DNA of 64,000 nucleotides from an uncultured candidate division Zixibacteria bacterium. GTDB taxonomy: Bacteria; Zixibacteria; MSB-5A5; RBG-16-43-9. The translations under genes and the position numbers were made by a program. The stretch is from positions 288,001-352,000 of the forward strand of contig OY970208.1 of NCBI GenBank assembly GCA_963713865.1. Reading direction: 5' to 3'. The number at the start of each line of letters is the position of its first letter. Within the stretch, counting starts at the first letter, position 1. The notes below the pieces were generated by a model. The model had not been told where the DNA came from. It made no database searches and saw nothing but the letters and a program-made list of their open reading frames with translations. Shown piece by piece: positions 12,180-21,701 of this stretch.

Positions 12180-14433
12180 TCAACACGTTGGTGGTGGTCC
12201 ACCCTTGAACAGATAATTGATCAAATAGACTATATCTGCAACAGTTACATCGCCATCACAATTTGCGTCTCCTGCTTCAATTGAGTTAGGTTCAGGACCT
12301 CCTTTGAAAAGGTAGTTTATTGTGTATACAACATCAGACACAGTTATCTTTTCATCTCCATTGACATCGCCGCGTAAGAAAACATGGAAACTCCAGGTCT
12401 GAGTTGACCAGGTTTCTCCACCCCGCATGTCGTATCCTTTAACCTTCCAGAAATATGAGCCCGTATTAAGAGTATCTGAATGATTACTTACAGGGAGGTT
12501 TCCATGAATGATTGTGGAATCTGGATGAAAGTTCAATGATGGGCTTATATGTAGACTGTATCTAACCGTATCCCCAGCATCGGGGTCAGTGGCATTTGCC
12601 CAATCAAAGGCCAGAGCCGCAGTAACAAAAGCACTATCTTCAGGTAACAGTAGTGAAAATAAACTTGGAGGAGTATTCGGACTACTCTTCAGTTCGTCGG
12701 AGCTTATGATAGAGTAATGCTGAACCGACGCCAGAGTTCCTTTGTGATTCACGGTCAAAACATATTGGCCAGCAGGCGGAGAGGCCACATAGATTTGCTC
12801 CACATTGTCTCTAATATTGTCACCAGTGCTCGCAGCACCACCAGGATTGCCAGGGTTCAGTACATAAGGCAGGTAGATAGTGGAAGTGGCTATGTGTTCC
12901 AGCCTGAGATCCAGGTCGTTCACGAGCATAAGAGTGGTGGGATTCAGTGAGGGAGGAGGAGGAGTCCCTGGAGGGTCAGTCCAAGCCAAGGTGATGCGAA
13001 TCGGCTCAGACCCGTAACTATAGAAATAATAATTATTGAATTGTTCATTGCTCAAGCTGTCTTCAGCGATTAGTCCTTGCTCCGCGGAGTTTTGTTGAAT
13101 TAACTTGGCAGCTTTTAAGGTATTCATTAAACCCCAGCCAAACATGTAGTCCGGACCTGTATTAGGACCTGCCTCATCGGCTGTATGTATAAGGAGCGCT
13201 TTCATAGTTGATGACCGGGGTGTCGTATCTGCATGGGATGCTTCATAGTAACGTACCAGAAGATTAAGGGAACCAGATAAATTGGGCGTGCTCGCCGAAG
13301 TTCCAATATAATCTGAATACGAACTATTACTGGAACTGGCACAAGAATAAAGATAAATACCGTTAGTAACTAAATCGGGCTTGATCCTGCCATCATCCGT
13401 AGGTCCCCAACTACTAAAAGAGCTCATCACTACACCTCTAGGTTCAGTGTAACCATCTGGGATGTCAGATACCGCACCAACGGTGATTGTATTCTTTGAG
13501 TTACCTCTATGCGAAAGACAATCGTATCCGTCTGTTCCTCCATCCGGATCACGAGTATCAGTGCTCCACACCCAGCTCCCACTATAGGGATCCCACACAT
13601 AATGCCCCCCATCTGGTCCAGGTCCAGATTGACTTCGGTCATTACCAGCTGCTATGACAATAGTGTAATAAGGGGCATTATAGGCAATTTGGTCCCATTC
13701 TTGGGCAGCAGAGCTATAAAAGCCAAAGTAATAATCCTCAGTAGTGCTGATGGTAATGTTTCCCCACCAATACCAATTTTCACTAGAATGATGCCATCCT
13801 GTGGCAATACCGTAGGAATGATTCGAGACGTTCATCCCTGAAACAGCCGCTGAAGCCATTTCTGACTCGTCGTAATTCCAATCATAAGCTGCTAGTCTGC
13901 CCTGAAAAGACATTCCTTTTGCTGCACCATCTACTCCTGCAGCCACCATAGTCCCGGCAACGTGTGTCGCATGTCCACTCGTACCGCTTGAGCTATCCAT
14001 CTGAGTCACCCGGCCACCAAACTCCTGGTGAGTTGTGAGCACACCACCACCATCCCATATTCCAAGCTCTCCCAATAAAGTTGCTGAGCCACTAAGAGAC
14101 AATCCACCACTCCCTCCAAGCCAGAACATCGTCCGTACTGATAGTTTTCGCTGCATTTAGGTTGTCCACTGCATAGTACACTGGATAACCTCTGTCGTCT
14201 ATATACATGAGCTGAATATTCGGATCCATGTTCAGCTGCTTCTGAGGTACTGCATCGCTTTTGAGCAAATCGTAGTACAGCTTGGAACGGCGAGCATCTA
14301 ATTGTTCTCGAAAAACTTGACTTAATTCCTTAAGTTTGGCTACTTGCGTAACTTGTTGCCTATCTGTGAATGCACTTGCCGTTAAACAAAAAACTAAGTA
14401 CAGGACAACGAAAATGATAAATTTTTTTGACAC
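12180..14433 (-). CDS. Secreted S8 (subtilisin-like) serine peptidase with C-terminal dockerin-like domain (one extra base at 14121-14127)
   Basis: Signal peptide in ORF 14092-14433; catalytic motifs WDGG, HATHVAGT, AAGN, GTSAS; C-terminal duplicated GDVNGD/GDANCD...DIVYLINYLFKGGP. Confidence 0.9.
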
Positions 14434-14879
14434 ATTGTTCTCTCTCTGAAAGTTATTACTGTTTAAGTACGATATCCATCACTCTAATTAAAAATAACCC
14501 AAAACCAAAAAAAGTCAATCAAAATCAACTCGTTAGGGCATATCCTCCTTTCTTGTCTTTCTCTAATTGGATATGTCCTTTCTACTTACCTAAATCAACT
14601 AAAATTTACACAAAAGAATTTATATAATAACTAAAGGGTGAAAGAACACTTTAGCTAATTTTTTTAGAGCTTGGAAGCTCAAAGCTGTCAAAAATGAGTT
14701 CCAGAATCTACTAAAGCTTGAGATTTGAAGACTTATGGGAATTAAAAACCTGGAGGTAGTTGACGAGTTTAGCACTTTCCTTATTCAAAATTCCAAGTTT
14801 TCTTCGCAACCCATCTAAACCCGACCTGAATTTAAACAAAAGTTCGCACTTGGAAGCTAAGCCATTCTAAAACAGGAGA

Positions 14880-15728
14880 CTAATTCCCACCAATTTTTCG
14901 CAAGAGAAAAAATAAAATAACCCCGGAAATCGAGGATAGAAAATTGACCCAGTCGTTATTCAGCCAGGAAATCCCGGAGACTCTTTTTGTTTCCAATCCA
15001 CAATGAGCCTTTTTTTCCGTTATCTTATGACAAACCGGACATAGATATTGAGCCTGAAGATATGCACCCAGAAGACTATCGATAAGAGAGCCTGAAAAGC
15101 CAGCTAAAATTATTATTAAGAAAGCATTCAATCTTAAAGGAAAAGGAGAGACTCCTGGAATAAATCCGCTCAAAACCAGGAAGAAAGAGCCACAAAAAGA
15201 GCTTATAGTGCCTAAAAGACTTATTCCACCAGAACTCCCCGGAGAGACTCTCTTAAAACTTTTTAGAGATAAAGGTGCAGAAGGAGATAGAATCCCTATT
15301 TCTGTCCCCCAGGTATCAGCAGTTACTGCGGCTAAAGAAGACAGATAGGCAGAGTAAATGGAGGAAGATGGAAATAAGAGATAAATAAAACAAAGAATCC
15401 CGGCTAAACTGCCATTAGCTAACACCTGATTTTTATCCCTGGCTCCAGTTTTCTCAAAAATTGTTTTGTATTCTGTTTTCTTCCCCTGTTTATATTTTGA
15501 AAGTAAACTGGATGAAAAAAAGAAAAAAAGTAAAGGCAAGGCAAAAGTGACCCCTCCTGTTCCAAAGATGATACTGCCTAAAAGAAAAGCAGATAAAGCC
15601 CCGTCCAGGGTTAGAAGTTTAAATCTGTAAGCTAAAATAGAGACCAGATCGCTTAAAGCTGTGCCTGAGATTAGCTGGAGTAAAAGTCTCAAGATCATAA
15701 AAGCTGAAATCTTTTCCTGAAAAACCAC
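14880..15728 (-). CDS. DUF92/TMEM19 family membrane protein
   Basis: RDKNQVLANG, ADTWGTEIG, PGSSGGISLLG, IDSLLGAYLQ, NNDWVN. Confidence 0.88.
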   Translation of the reverse strand: MVFQEKISAFMILRLLLQLISGTALSDLVSILAYRFKLLTLDGALSAFLLGSIIFGTGGVTFALPLLFFFFSSSLLSKYKQGKKTEYKTIFEKTGARDKNQVLANGSLAGILCFIYLLFPSSSIYSAYLSSLAAVTADTWGTEIGILSPSAPLSLKSFKRVSPGSSGGISLLGTISSFCGSFFLVLSGFIPGVSPFPLRLNAFLIIILAGFSGSLIDSLLGAYLQAQYLCPVCHKITEKKAHCGLETKRVSGISWLNNDWVNFLSSISGVILFFLLRKIGGN

Positions 15729-17851
15729 TCTAAGGACAAAAAGAATATAAAAAAGAATAAAAGTAGCGGTTTATCCCAGAGGGTTATCTCTCTTATCTTA
15801 AGCCTGGGCTTTTTCTCCAGATCCAGCCTTTTTAGAAGCGATGCAAAATCTTCAGGCTCAGAATAATCTCCTCCGGAAAGCAGGGCAATCTCTTTAAGAA
15901 GCTCTTTGTCTGGCTTTAAATCCTCATCCTCTAAACTTACATCCTCGATCTCAAATTTACCTGAATAACTTCCCAGAATAAACTCCTCCTTTCTGGCTTC
16001 TCCTTTGAAGAGATATTCTCCTGGAGGCAAAAAAGAAAGAGTATAGTAATAATCGCCATCTTCAGGCATAAGGTTGAAAAGCAGTGAATCGGCTTCTTTC
16101 CCTTTTGGATAAACCTTTATTTTTATCTCTGCCCCTTTGATCTTTTGATAACTTTCATCGAAAACTCGGGAATTAAATTTTATCTCCTCACCTCTTTTAT
16201 AGACTGCTTTGTCCGTATAGATTTTAAACCTCTCCAGATCTTCTCGGGATAGAAGCCATCTGAAGGAGTTCTCCCAGAATTTTTTATAGGCTGAATTATC
16301 TTCCTTAACCCCCCAGAGCAAAAAATCCCATTTCCATAAAGGGGATAAGCCCAGGACCTCTATTTTTCCCTTTTCCAATTCCCTGATTATTATTGCGGGC
16401 AAACTCTCCTCCCCTGTTTTAACCAGTGTCAGTACCTTAGCTCCGTTTTTTTCTTTGAGGGGTATAATCATCTCAAAAGGAGGAAGATTTGTCCAGAGAA
16501 AAAGATTTTCCTCTAACTCTTCTGAAAGCTGGGTTAAGGGATGAAATTCCCCCTCCGGTGAAAGGCTCAAGATGAAATTCTGAAACAGAGGTTTCTTTTC
16601 TTTTATTATCTCAAAGGGAAGGAAATCAAAACCACTTAATATCTCTTTCCTTTTGTAGAACTCTTCACCCACTAAGAGCAAAAACGAAATTCCTTTTTTC
16701 TGCAAAAGGTTTTTAATTTCTTTTTGATTTTGTATTAAAAATTGAGGGGAATCCAGAACGATTAAAAGGTCAAAATCTTCAATCTTTTTACTCTGGGAAA
16801 GTTCTGGCAAAAGAGGTTTTCCGGATTTTGAGAAGACCAGAGTCTCAAAAGTTATGTCTTTGTTTAGATTTAATAACCTTTTGAGGAAGCTGAATTCCCA
16901 GTTCAAGCTCTGGCTTACTAAAAGAAGATTGAACCTTTTCTTGAGAACTTTCTGGGTGAAGCTTTTAAGGTTATTCTGCTGAAAACTTTCCCCTTCTACT
17001 TTAGGGATTACCACCTGGTATCTATGTATCCCCTCCTCTTCTGGTTCAAATACCAGTTCAGTTTCCTGGAGCTCGCCTGAGATATTAAATGACAATTCTT
17101 TGCGAGCTAAAACTTTTTTATTCTCCTGCAGAAGAACAGGAATTTTAACCCCTTTATATCCCTGATTTTTTATAGTAACTTTAATGGTATCATTCTCTCC
17201 AGAATAGGTGATCTCATCATATTTAACTTTTTCTAAGCTCAAATCCTTAAAAGGCACAAACTCACCTATGCCTACCGTATAGACAGGCATAGTATAATTT
17301 CGAGCAACAGCTATAGGGTCTTTCCCGGAATTATTAGTTCCATCGCTGAAAAGAATTACCGTGGAAAACTCTTTGCCCCTTGAATTCTCTTTGAGCTTTT
17401 CCAAATTATTTCCGATTGAAGTGGCTTCACCTGAAAAAACAGGTAGCTTCCCGGAAAGATTATAGGGAACTATACTATCAGAAAAAAGGTAAGAGGAAAT
17501 TTCCGCTTTTGATAAGACCTCTTTAAAACTTTTCTCCGCTAAAAGATTTTGCAGGACCTCTTTTCTGGTAATAGCCTTATCTTTTATATTCATACTCCTG
17601 GATGAATCCAAGAGTAAAGCAATCTTGGGCTTCTCCCAGGATTTTTTTGCTACCCCCAGTAAAGCTTCACCTAAAGCTAAAAAAAGGCTTATAAGAGCCA
17701 GCCACCTTAAAACTAAAAGCAAAACTTTCCTCCTGGCTTTAAGAGGTGGTAATGTAAAACGATAGGAAAGAAAAGCTAGGACCAAGGCAACTGCAAAGAT
17801 GAAGATAAGCAGAATTATATTGGGGGTTTGAAAATCTATCCACAGTTTCAA
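15695..17851 (-). CDS. Membrane-anchored VWA-domain protein
   Basis: N-terminal TMs, MIDAS-like LLDSSRSM, ILFSDGTNN, C-terminal TM LEWFFRKR. Confidence 0.75.
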   Translation of the reverse strand: MKLWIDFQTPNIILLIFIFAVALVLAFLSYRFTLPPLKARRKVLLLVLRWLALISLFLALGEALLGVAKKSWEKPKIALLLDSSRSMNIKDKAITRKEVLQNLLAEKSFKEVLSKAEISSYLFSDSIVPYNLSGKLPVFSGEATSIGNNLEKLKENSRGKEFSTVILFSDGTNNSGKDPIAVARNYTMPVYTVGIGEFVPFKDLSLEKVKYDEITYSGENDTIKVTIKNQGYKGVKIPVLLQENKKVLARKELSFNISGELQETELVFEPEEEGIHRYQVVIPKVEGESFQQNNLKSFTQKVLKKRFNLLLVSQSLNWEFSFLKRLLNLNKDITFETLVFSKSGKPLLPELSQSKKIEDFDLLIVLDSPQFLIQNQKEIKNLLQKKGISFLLLVGEEFYKRKEILSGFDFLPFEIIKEKKPLFQNFILSLSPEGEFHPLTQLSEELEENLFLWTNLPPFEMIIPLKEKNGAKVLTLVKTGEESLPAIIIRELEKGKIEVLGLSPLWKWDFLLWGVKEDNSAYKKFWENSFRWLLSREDLERFKIYTDKAVYKRGEEIKFNSRVFDESYQKIKGAEIKIKVYPKGKEADSLLFNLMPEDGDYYYTLSFLPPGEYLFKGEARKEEFILGSYSGKFEIEDVSLEDEDLKPDKELLKEIALLSGGDYSEPEDFASLLKRLDLEKKPRLKIREITLWDKPLLLFFFIFFLSLEWFFRKRFQLL

Positions 17852-17951
17852 GGAAACCCTTCTTTCTGATCCTCTATACCTTTCTTTTGGATAAAAAAAC
17901 CACTGCCGAAAACATCTACAGTGGCCGGTTGCAGATCCCTATTACAGAAAT

Positions 17952-18926
17952 CTATTTCTCACGGGTCAAGATGAAATCAACTAATTTCTCCAACGCTTCT
18001 TTATATTCGGTTGGATTTAATTCGGAGATTAATTCTAAAGCTTCATTGCCAAAATCCTGGGCTCTTTTTAAGCTGTATTCCACACCGCCTTCTTTTTGGA
18101 CAAAGGAGCAGATCTGAGAGAAATGTTCTGGCTTATATCCTTCTTCTAAGATTTTCATTATTTTATCACGGGTTCCATCCTCTGAGTTAGCCAGGGTATA
18201 GATCAGGGGTAAGGTGATCTTACCTTCTTGTAGGTCATTCCCCAATTCTTTTCCGGTTTTCTCCTTATCACCTACTAAATCTAAAAGGTCATCGATTATC
18301 TGAAAAGACATGCCAAAACCCTCACCAAACCTCTGGTAGATATACTGAGTTTTTTCATCCAAACCCCTGGCAATCGCTCCAGACCCGCAGGCAACGGAGA
18401 AAAGAGAAGCAGTCTTATCTGTTATAATCTTAAGATATACTCTCTCCGTCAAATTGTAATTTCCTCGCTCCTGAATCTGCAGAAGCTCCCCCAGGCTAAT
18501 ACTCTCAGTAGCTTTAGAAACAGCTTTAAGGAGTGGAGTAAGTCCGGTTTGAACCAAGATCTTAAATGACTTTGCTAATAGATAATCACCCATCAGGACT
18601 GAGACTAAATTACTCCAGCGATAATTCACTGAGGCTTTTCCCCTGCGGGTAGTAGATTGATCGATAACATCATCATGCAGTAAGGTTGCAGTATGAATCA
18701 ACTCTATGGCTACGGCTGCATCTAAAGCATTATCTTTATTAGAACTATTAGTCTCGCCAAAGCTCAGAAGAACCAAAGCTGGCCTGAGTCTTTTCCCTTT
18801 TCGCTCCAGAAGATACTGAGCCACCTGAAAAATCAAAGGTGAATCTGAAGAAAGATATTCTTCTAACTTTTGTTCCACCTTATCTAAATCAGCTTTTATC
18901 AGCGAAAGGATCGAATCCAGACTCAT
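17952..18926 (-). CDS. Polyprenyl diphosphate synthase (IspB/HepT-like)
   Basis: GKRLRP, ELIHTATLLHDDVID, RRG, FQIIDDLLD, GNDLQEGKITLP. Confidence 0.93.
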   Translation of the reverse strand: MSLDSILSLIKADLDKVEQKLEEYLSSDSPLIFQVAQYLLERKGKRLRPALVLLSFGETNSSNKDNALDAAVAIELIHTATLLHDDVIDQSTTRRGKASVNYRWSNLVSVLMGDYLLAKSFKILVQTGLTPLLKAVSKATESISLGELLQIQERGNYNLTERVYLKIITDKTASLFSVACGSGAIARGLDEKTQYIYQRFGEGFGMSFQIIDDLLDLVGDKEKTGKELGNDLQEGKITLPLIYTLANSEDGTRDKIMKILEEGYKPEHFSQICSFVQKEGGVEYSLKRAQDFGNEALELISELNPTEYKEALEKLVDFILTREK

Positions 18927-19102
18927 TGCTAAATTTATGATTATCCCATCAAGTCCTAAACCGGATGGCAGAAGGAGATCTTAAAATTTTTGACACAACT
19001 GAAATTTTCCGAAAAACTCCTTCCAATTTTGAATAAAATACCATCTCCTTTTCAGATTGTCAAACGAAAATTATAGCTGATTTTTAATTTTTGTATGCTT
19101 TT

Positions 19103-19210
19103 GGAGTGTGCACCTTTAGGTTTACCAGTTTTTCGTAGGGTAACTCTCAAGATCCATTCTGGACCTTCAGGGTTGCTTCTTTTTTTCGCAAGGCTAAAGC
19201 CTTGCCCTAC
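19103..19210. repeat. Cluster of REP-like hairpins
   Basis: GGAGTGTGCACCTTTAGGTTTACC, GTAGGGTAAC..., GCAAGGCTAAAGCCTTGCCCTAC. Confidence 0.6.
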
Positions 19211-19235
19211 GATTAATACTCTATCAACTTTTGAA

Positions 19236-19721
19236 TTATCTTTTAACCCCAAATTTATTCTTCAACTTTTTTACTACAATCTCCGGTACGAAACGACTTA
19301 TCTCGCCTTTGTTACGAGCGATCTCTTTGATCAAAGTTGAGCTTAAATAGGTATATTTCTCGCTGGGCATTAGAAATACCGTCTCGGTCTCAGGGGCTAA
19401 TTTACGGTTCATCAAAGCCATCTGAAACTCATATTCGAAATCCGAAATCGCTCTCAAACCTCGAATTATTACCACCGCTTTACTCTTAGAGACAAAATCC
19501 GCTAAAAGTCCAGAAAAAAGCTGAGCCTTCACACCTTTTATACCCTTAATACTTTCCTGCACCATCTTCAATCTATCCTGAGCTGAGAAAAGCGTTGCTT
19601 TATTAGGTTTAGAGGTAACTGCAACTATCAATTCATCAAATAAATTCGTAGCCCTCTGGATTAAATCTAAGTGTCCATTGGTAATTGGATCAAAAGTCCC
19701 GGCATAGATCGCCTTTTTCAT
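19236..19721 (-). CDS. coaD: Pantetheine-phosphate adenylyltransferase
   Basis: YAGTFDPITNGHLD, IIRGLRAISDFEYEFQMALMN, LSSTLIKE. Confidence 0.97.
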   Translation of the reverse strand: MKKAIYAGTFDPITNGHLDLIQRATNLFDELIVAVTSKPNKATLFSAQDRLKMVQESIKGIKGVKAQLFSGLLADFVSKSKAVVIIRGLRAISDFEYEFQMALMNRKLAPETETVFLMPSEKYTYLSSTLIKEIARNKGEISRFVPEIVVKKLKNKFGVKR

Positions 19722-20314
19722 AAAAGCTCCTTTTTACCATTAATAGGTTTTTTCTTAAAAAAGGAAATCAGGGTATCCCCATATTTTCTCTTTTGAAGTA
19801 ACAAGAAATCTTTTTTTTCTTCTATCTTTTCTTTTTTATGATGCTCCATCACCAGAATCCCGTCTGCATTTAAAAAACTCTTCTCCGCTAAAATCCCTAA
19901 TAATTTCTGGCAGAGTCCTTTTCCATAAGGAGGGTCAGCTAAGATAAGATCGAATCCGCCAGAGGTGATTTCATTTTCGCTTCTGAGAAATCTGAGAATG
20001 TCTTTTTTAACCATCTTACCTTTATTTTCAAATCCAAGCTTTTTCAGGTTTTTTCGGGTAAGGTTTAAACTGGCAGAAGAATTATCCACAAAAACAACTT
20101 CTTCTGCTCCTCTGGACAAAGCCTCAAGCCCCAAAGCACCGCTTCCTGCAAAAAGGTCCAAAACTTTCTTCCCTTCCAGCAGTTGCCCGAATTCTAATCC
20201 ATAGGACAGGATATTAAAAATCGCTCCTTTGACCTTATCTGAGGTAGGTCTGATCTCTCTTCTCTTTAAAGAGAAGAGCTTTTCCCCTTTTTTCTCACCA
20301 GAGATAACTCGCAA
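19718..20314 (-). CDS. rsmD: 16S rRNA m2G966 methyltransferase RsmD
   Basis: MRVISG, RPTSDKVK, LDLFAGSGALGLEALSRGA, DPPY; upstream of coaD. Confidence 0.94.
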   Translation of the reverse strand: MRVISGEKKGEKLFSLKRREIRPTSDKVKGAIFNILSYGLEFGQLLEGKKVLDLFAGSGALGLEALSRGAEEVVFVDNSSASLNLTRKNLKKLGFENKGKMVKKDILRFLRSENEITSGGFDLILADPPYGKGLCQKLLGILAEKSFLNADGILVMEHHKKEKIEEKKDFLLLQKRKYGDTLISFFKKKPINGKKELL

Positions 20315-20330
20315 GTTTTATCCTCTTAGA

Positions 20331-20741
20331 TTATTCTACAGTGATAAGGTTCTTGAACTTCTCAAGGGTTTTAGGTCCGATTCCTTTTACATTTACAATC
20401 TCATCTATTGTAGAAAAATTACCCTTATTCTCCCGAAACTCTAAAATCCTCTTACCTAATTCTGGACCGATTCCAGGTAGAGATTCGAGCTCTTTTAGCG
20501 TCGCGGTATTGAGGTTAACCTTCCTACCCGGGATTTTCAAATCTATATTATCAGAAATAGCAGAACTTTTTACCGGCTCAAAAATTTTCTTTTGTTCTGG
20601 AAAATTGTTCTCTATCAATAGCTCCGGGGCAAAATCAGGATGATACTTTTTATAGATAGTTACACTGCTTCCTATTAAAAGTACCGCTATAAGAAAGATT
20701 ATGGTTTTTGATTCCTGTGGGGTAAAGCTAAAAAAATCCAT
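20331..20741 (-). CDS. ComEA family helix-hairpin-helix DNA-binding protein
   Basis: VNLNTAT..ELESLPGIG, VKGIGPKT. Confidence 0.88.
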   Translation of the reverse strand: MDFFSFTPQESKTIIFLIAVLLIGSSVTIYKKYHPDFAPELLIENNFPEQKKIFEPVKSSAISDNIDLKIPGRKVNLNTATLKELESLPGIGPELGKRILEFRENKGNFSTIDEIVNVKGIGPKTLEKFKNLITVE

Positions 20742-20747
20742 TTTATT

Positions 20748-21657
20748 TTAATCGTAAAGAACCTTGAGTAAAACTTTTCCCACCTTCTCCAGACTTTCCG
20801 GACTGCACTTGTCCGGGGTGTCCTGCAGGGTATGCCAGTAAGGATAATCGAAGTCGATTAAGTCTATACAGGGTATCCCGGCCTGGATCAAAAAAAGATG
20901 GTCATCTATTACATAGTGTTTCACTTCCGGTCTGAAATTTGAGAGCGAGAGCTTCACTGCTTTTTCCCAAACCAGCCCAACAATATCTTTGGCATATCTA
21001 TTGGAATAACCCTCTTTATAGATCTGTAAGTCTTTATCTCCTATCATATCCAGTAAAATGCCAAACGATGCCTTGTATTCTCCCAAGTTCCGGGAAAAGT
21101 AATTTGAGCCCAGAACACCACCTGTCTGGATGTTCCTCTGAGCCAAAGTCCTCCCCATCGAAAAAGACAATATCCACACCATACTTGGGCTTTTTCTTAG
21201 AAATTATAGTAGCTAATTCCATAAGAACTGCTACTCCGGAAGCTCCGTCATTTGCTCCCAGGATCGGGGTTGAATTATTTACAGAATCAGGATCTTTATC
21301 TGCCCACGGTCTGGTATCCCAATGAGCACATAAAAGGACTCTTTCTTTTTCATCAGGATAAAAAGAGACGATTATATTGCTCAACTCCAATCTTAAATTC
21401 TCAGTAGTATCCTCCCATATAAAATCCTGCGATTTAACTAAGTTAATATATGCGGAAAAGAAGTCAAGCAGATACTTTTTCAAAGCTTGATGCCCGTAAG
21501 AGCCTGGATCTCTGGGACCAAACTGGCATTGTACTTTAAGATATTGATACGCCCTTTCTCCTTTAAATTCAAAATGAGGATTAGAAGAACAGTTAAACCC
21601 GACTAAAAGGCAGAAAAGGAAAAAACCTAAGCTTAATCTATATCTTTTAATGTTCAT
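20748..21657 (-). CDS. M28 family peptidase / glutaminyl cyclase-like lipoprotein (one extra base at 21110-21116)
   Basis: AHWDTRP, GANDGASGVA, FFDGEDFG then LLDMIGD, DDH, YWHT..DTPD; removing one base joins the ORFs at WCLGS. Confidence 0.88.
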
Positions 21658-21701
21658 TTCTCCTTTTCATACTCTGATAAATCGTTTTATCCCGAATCGA
21701 T

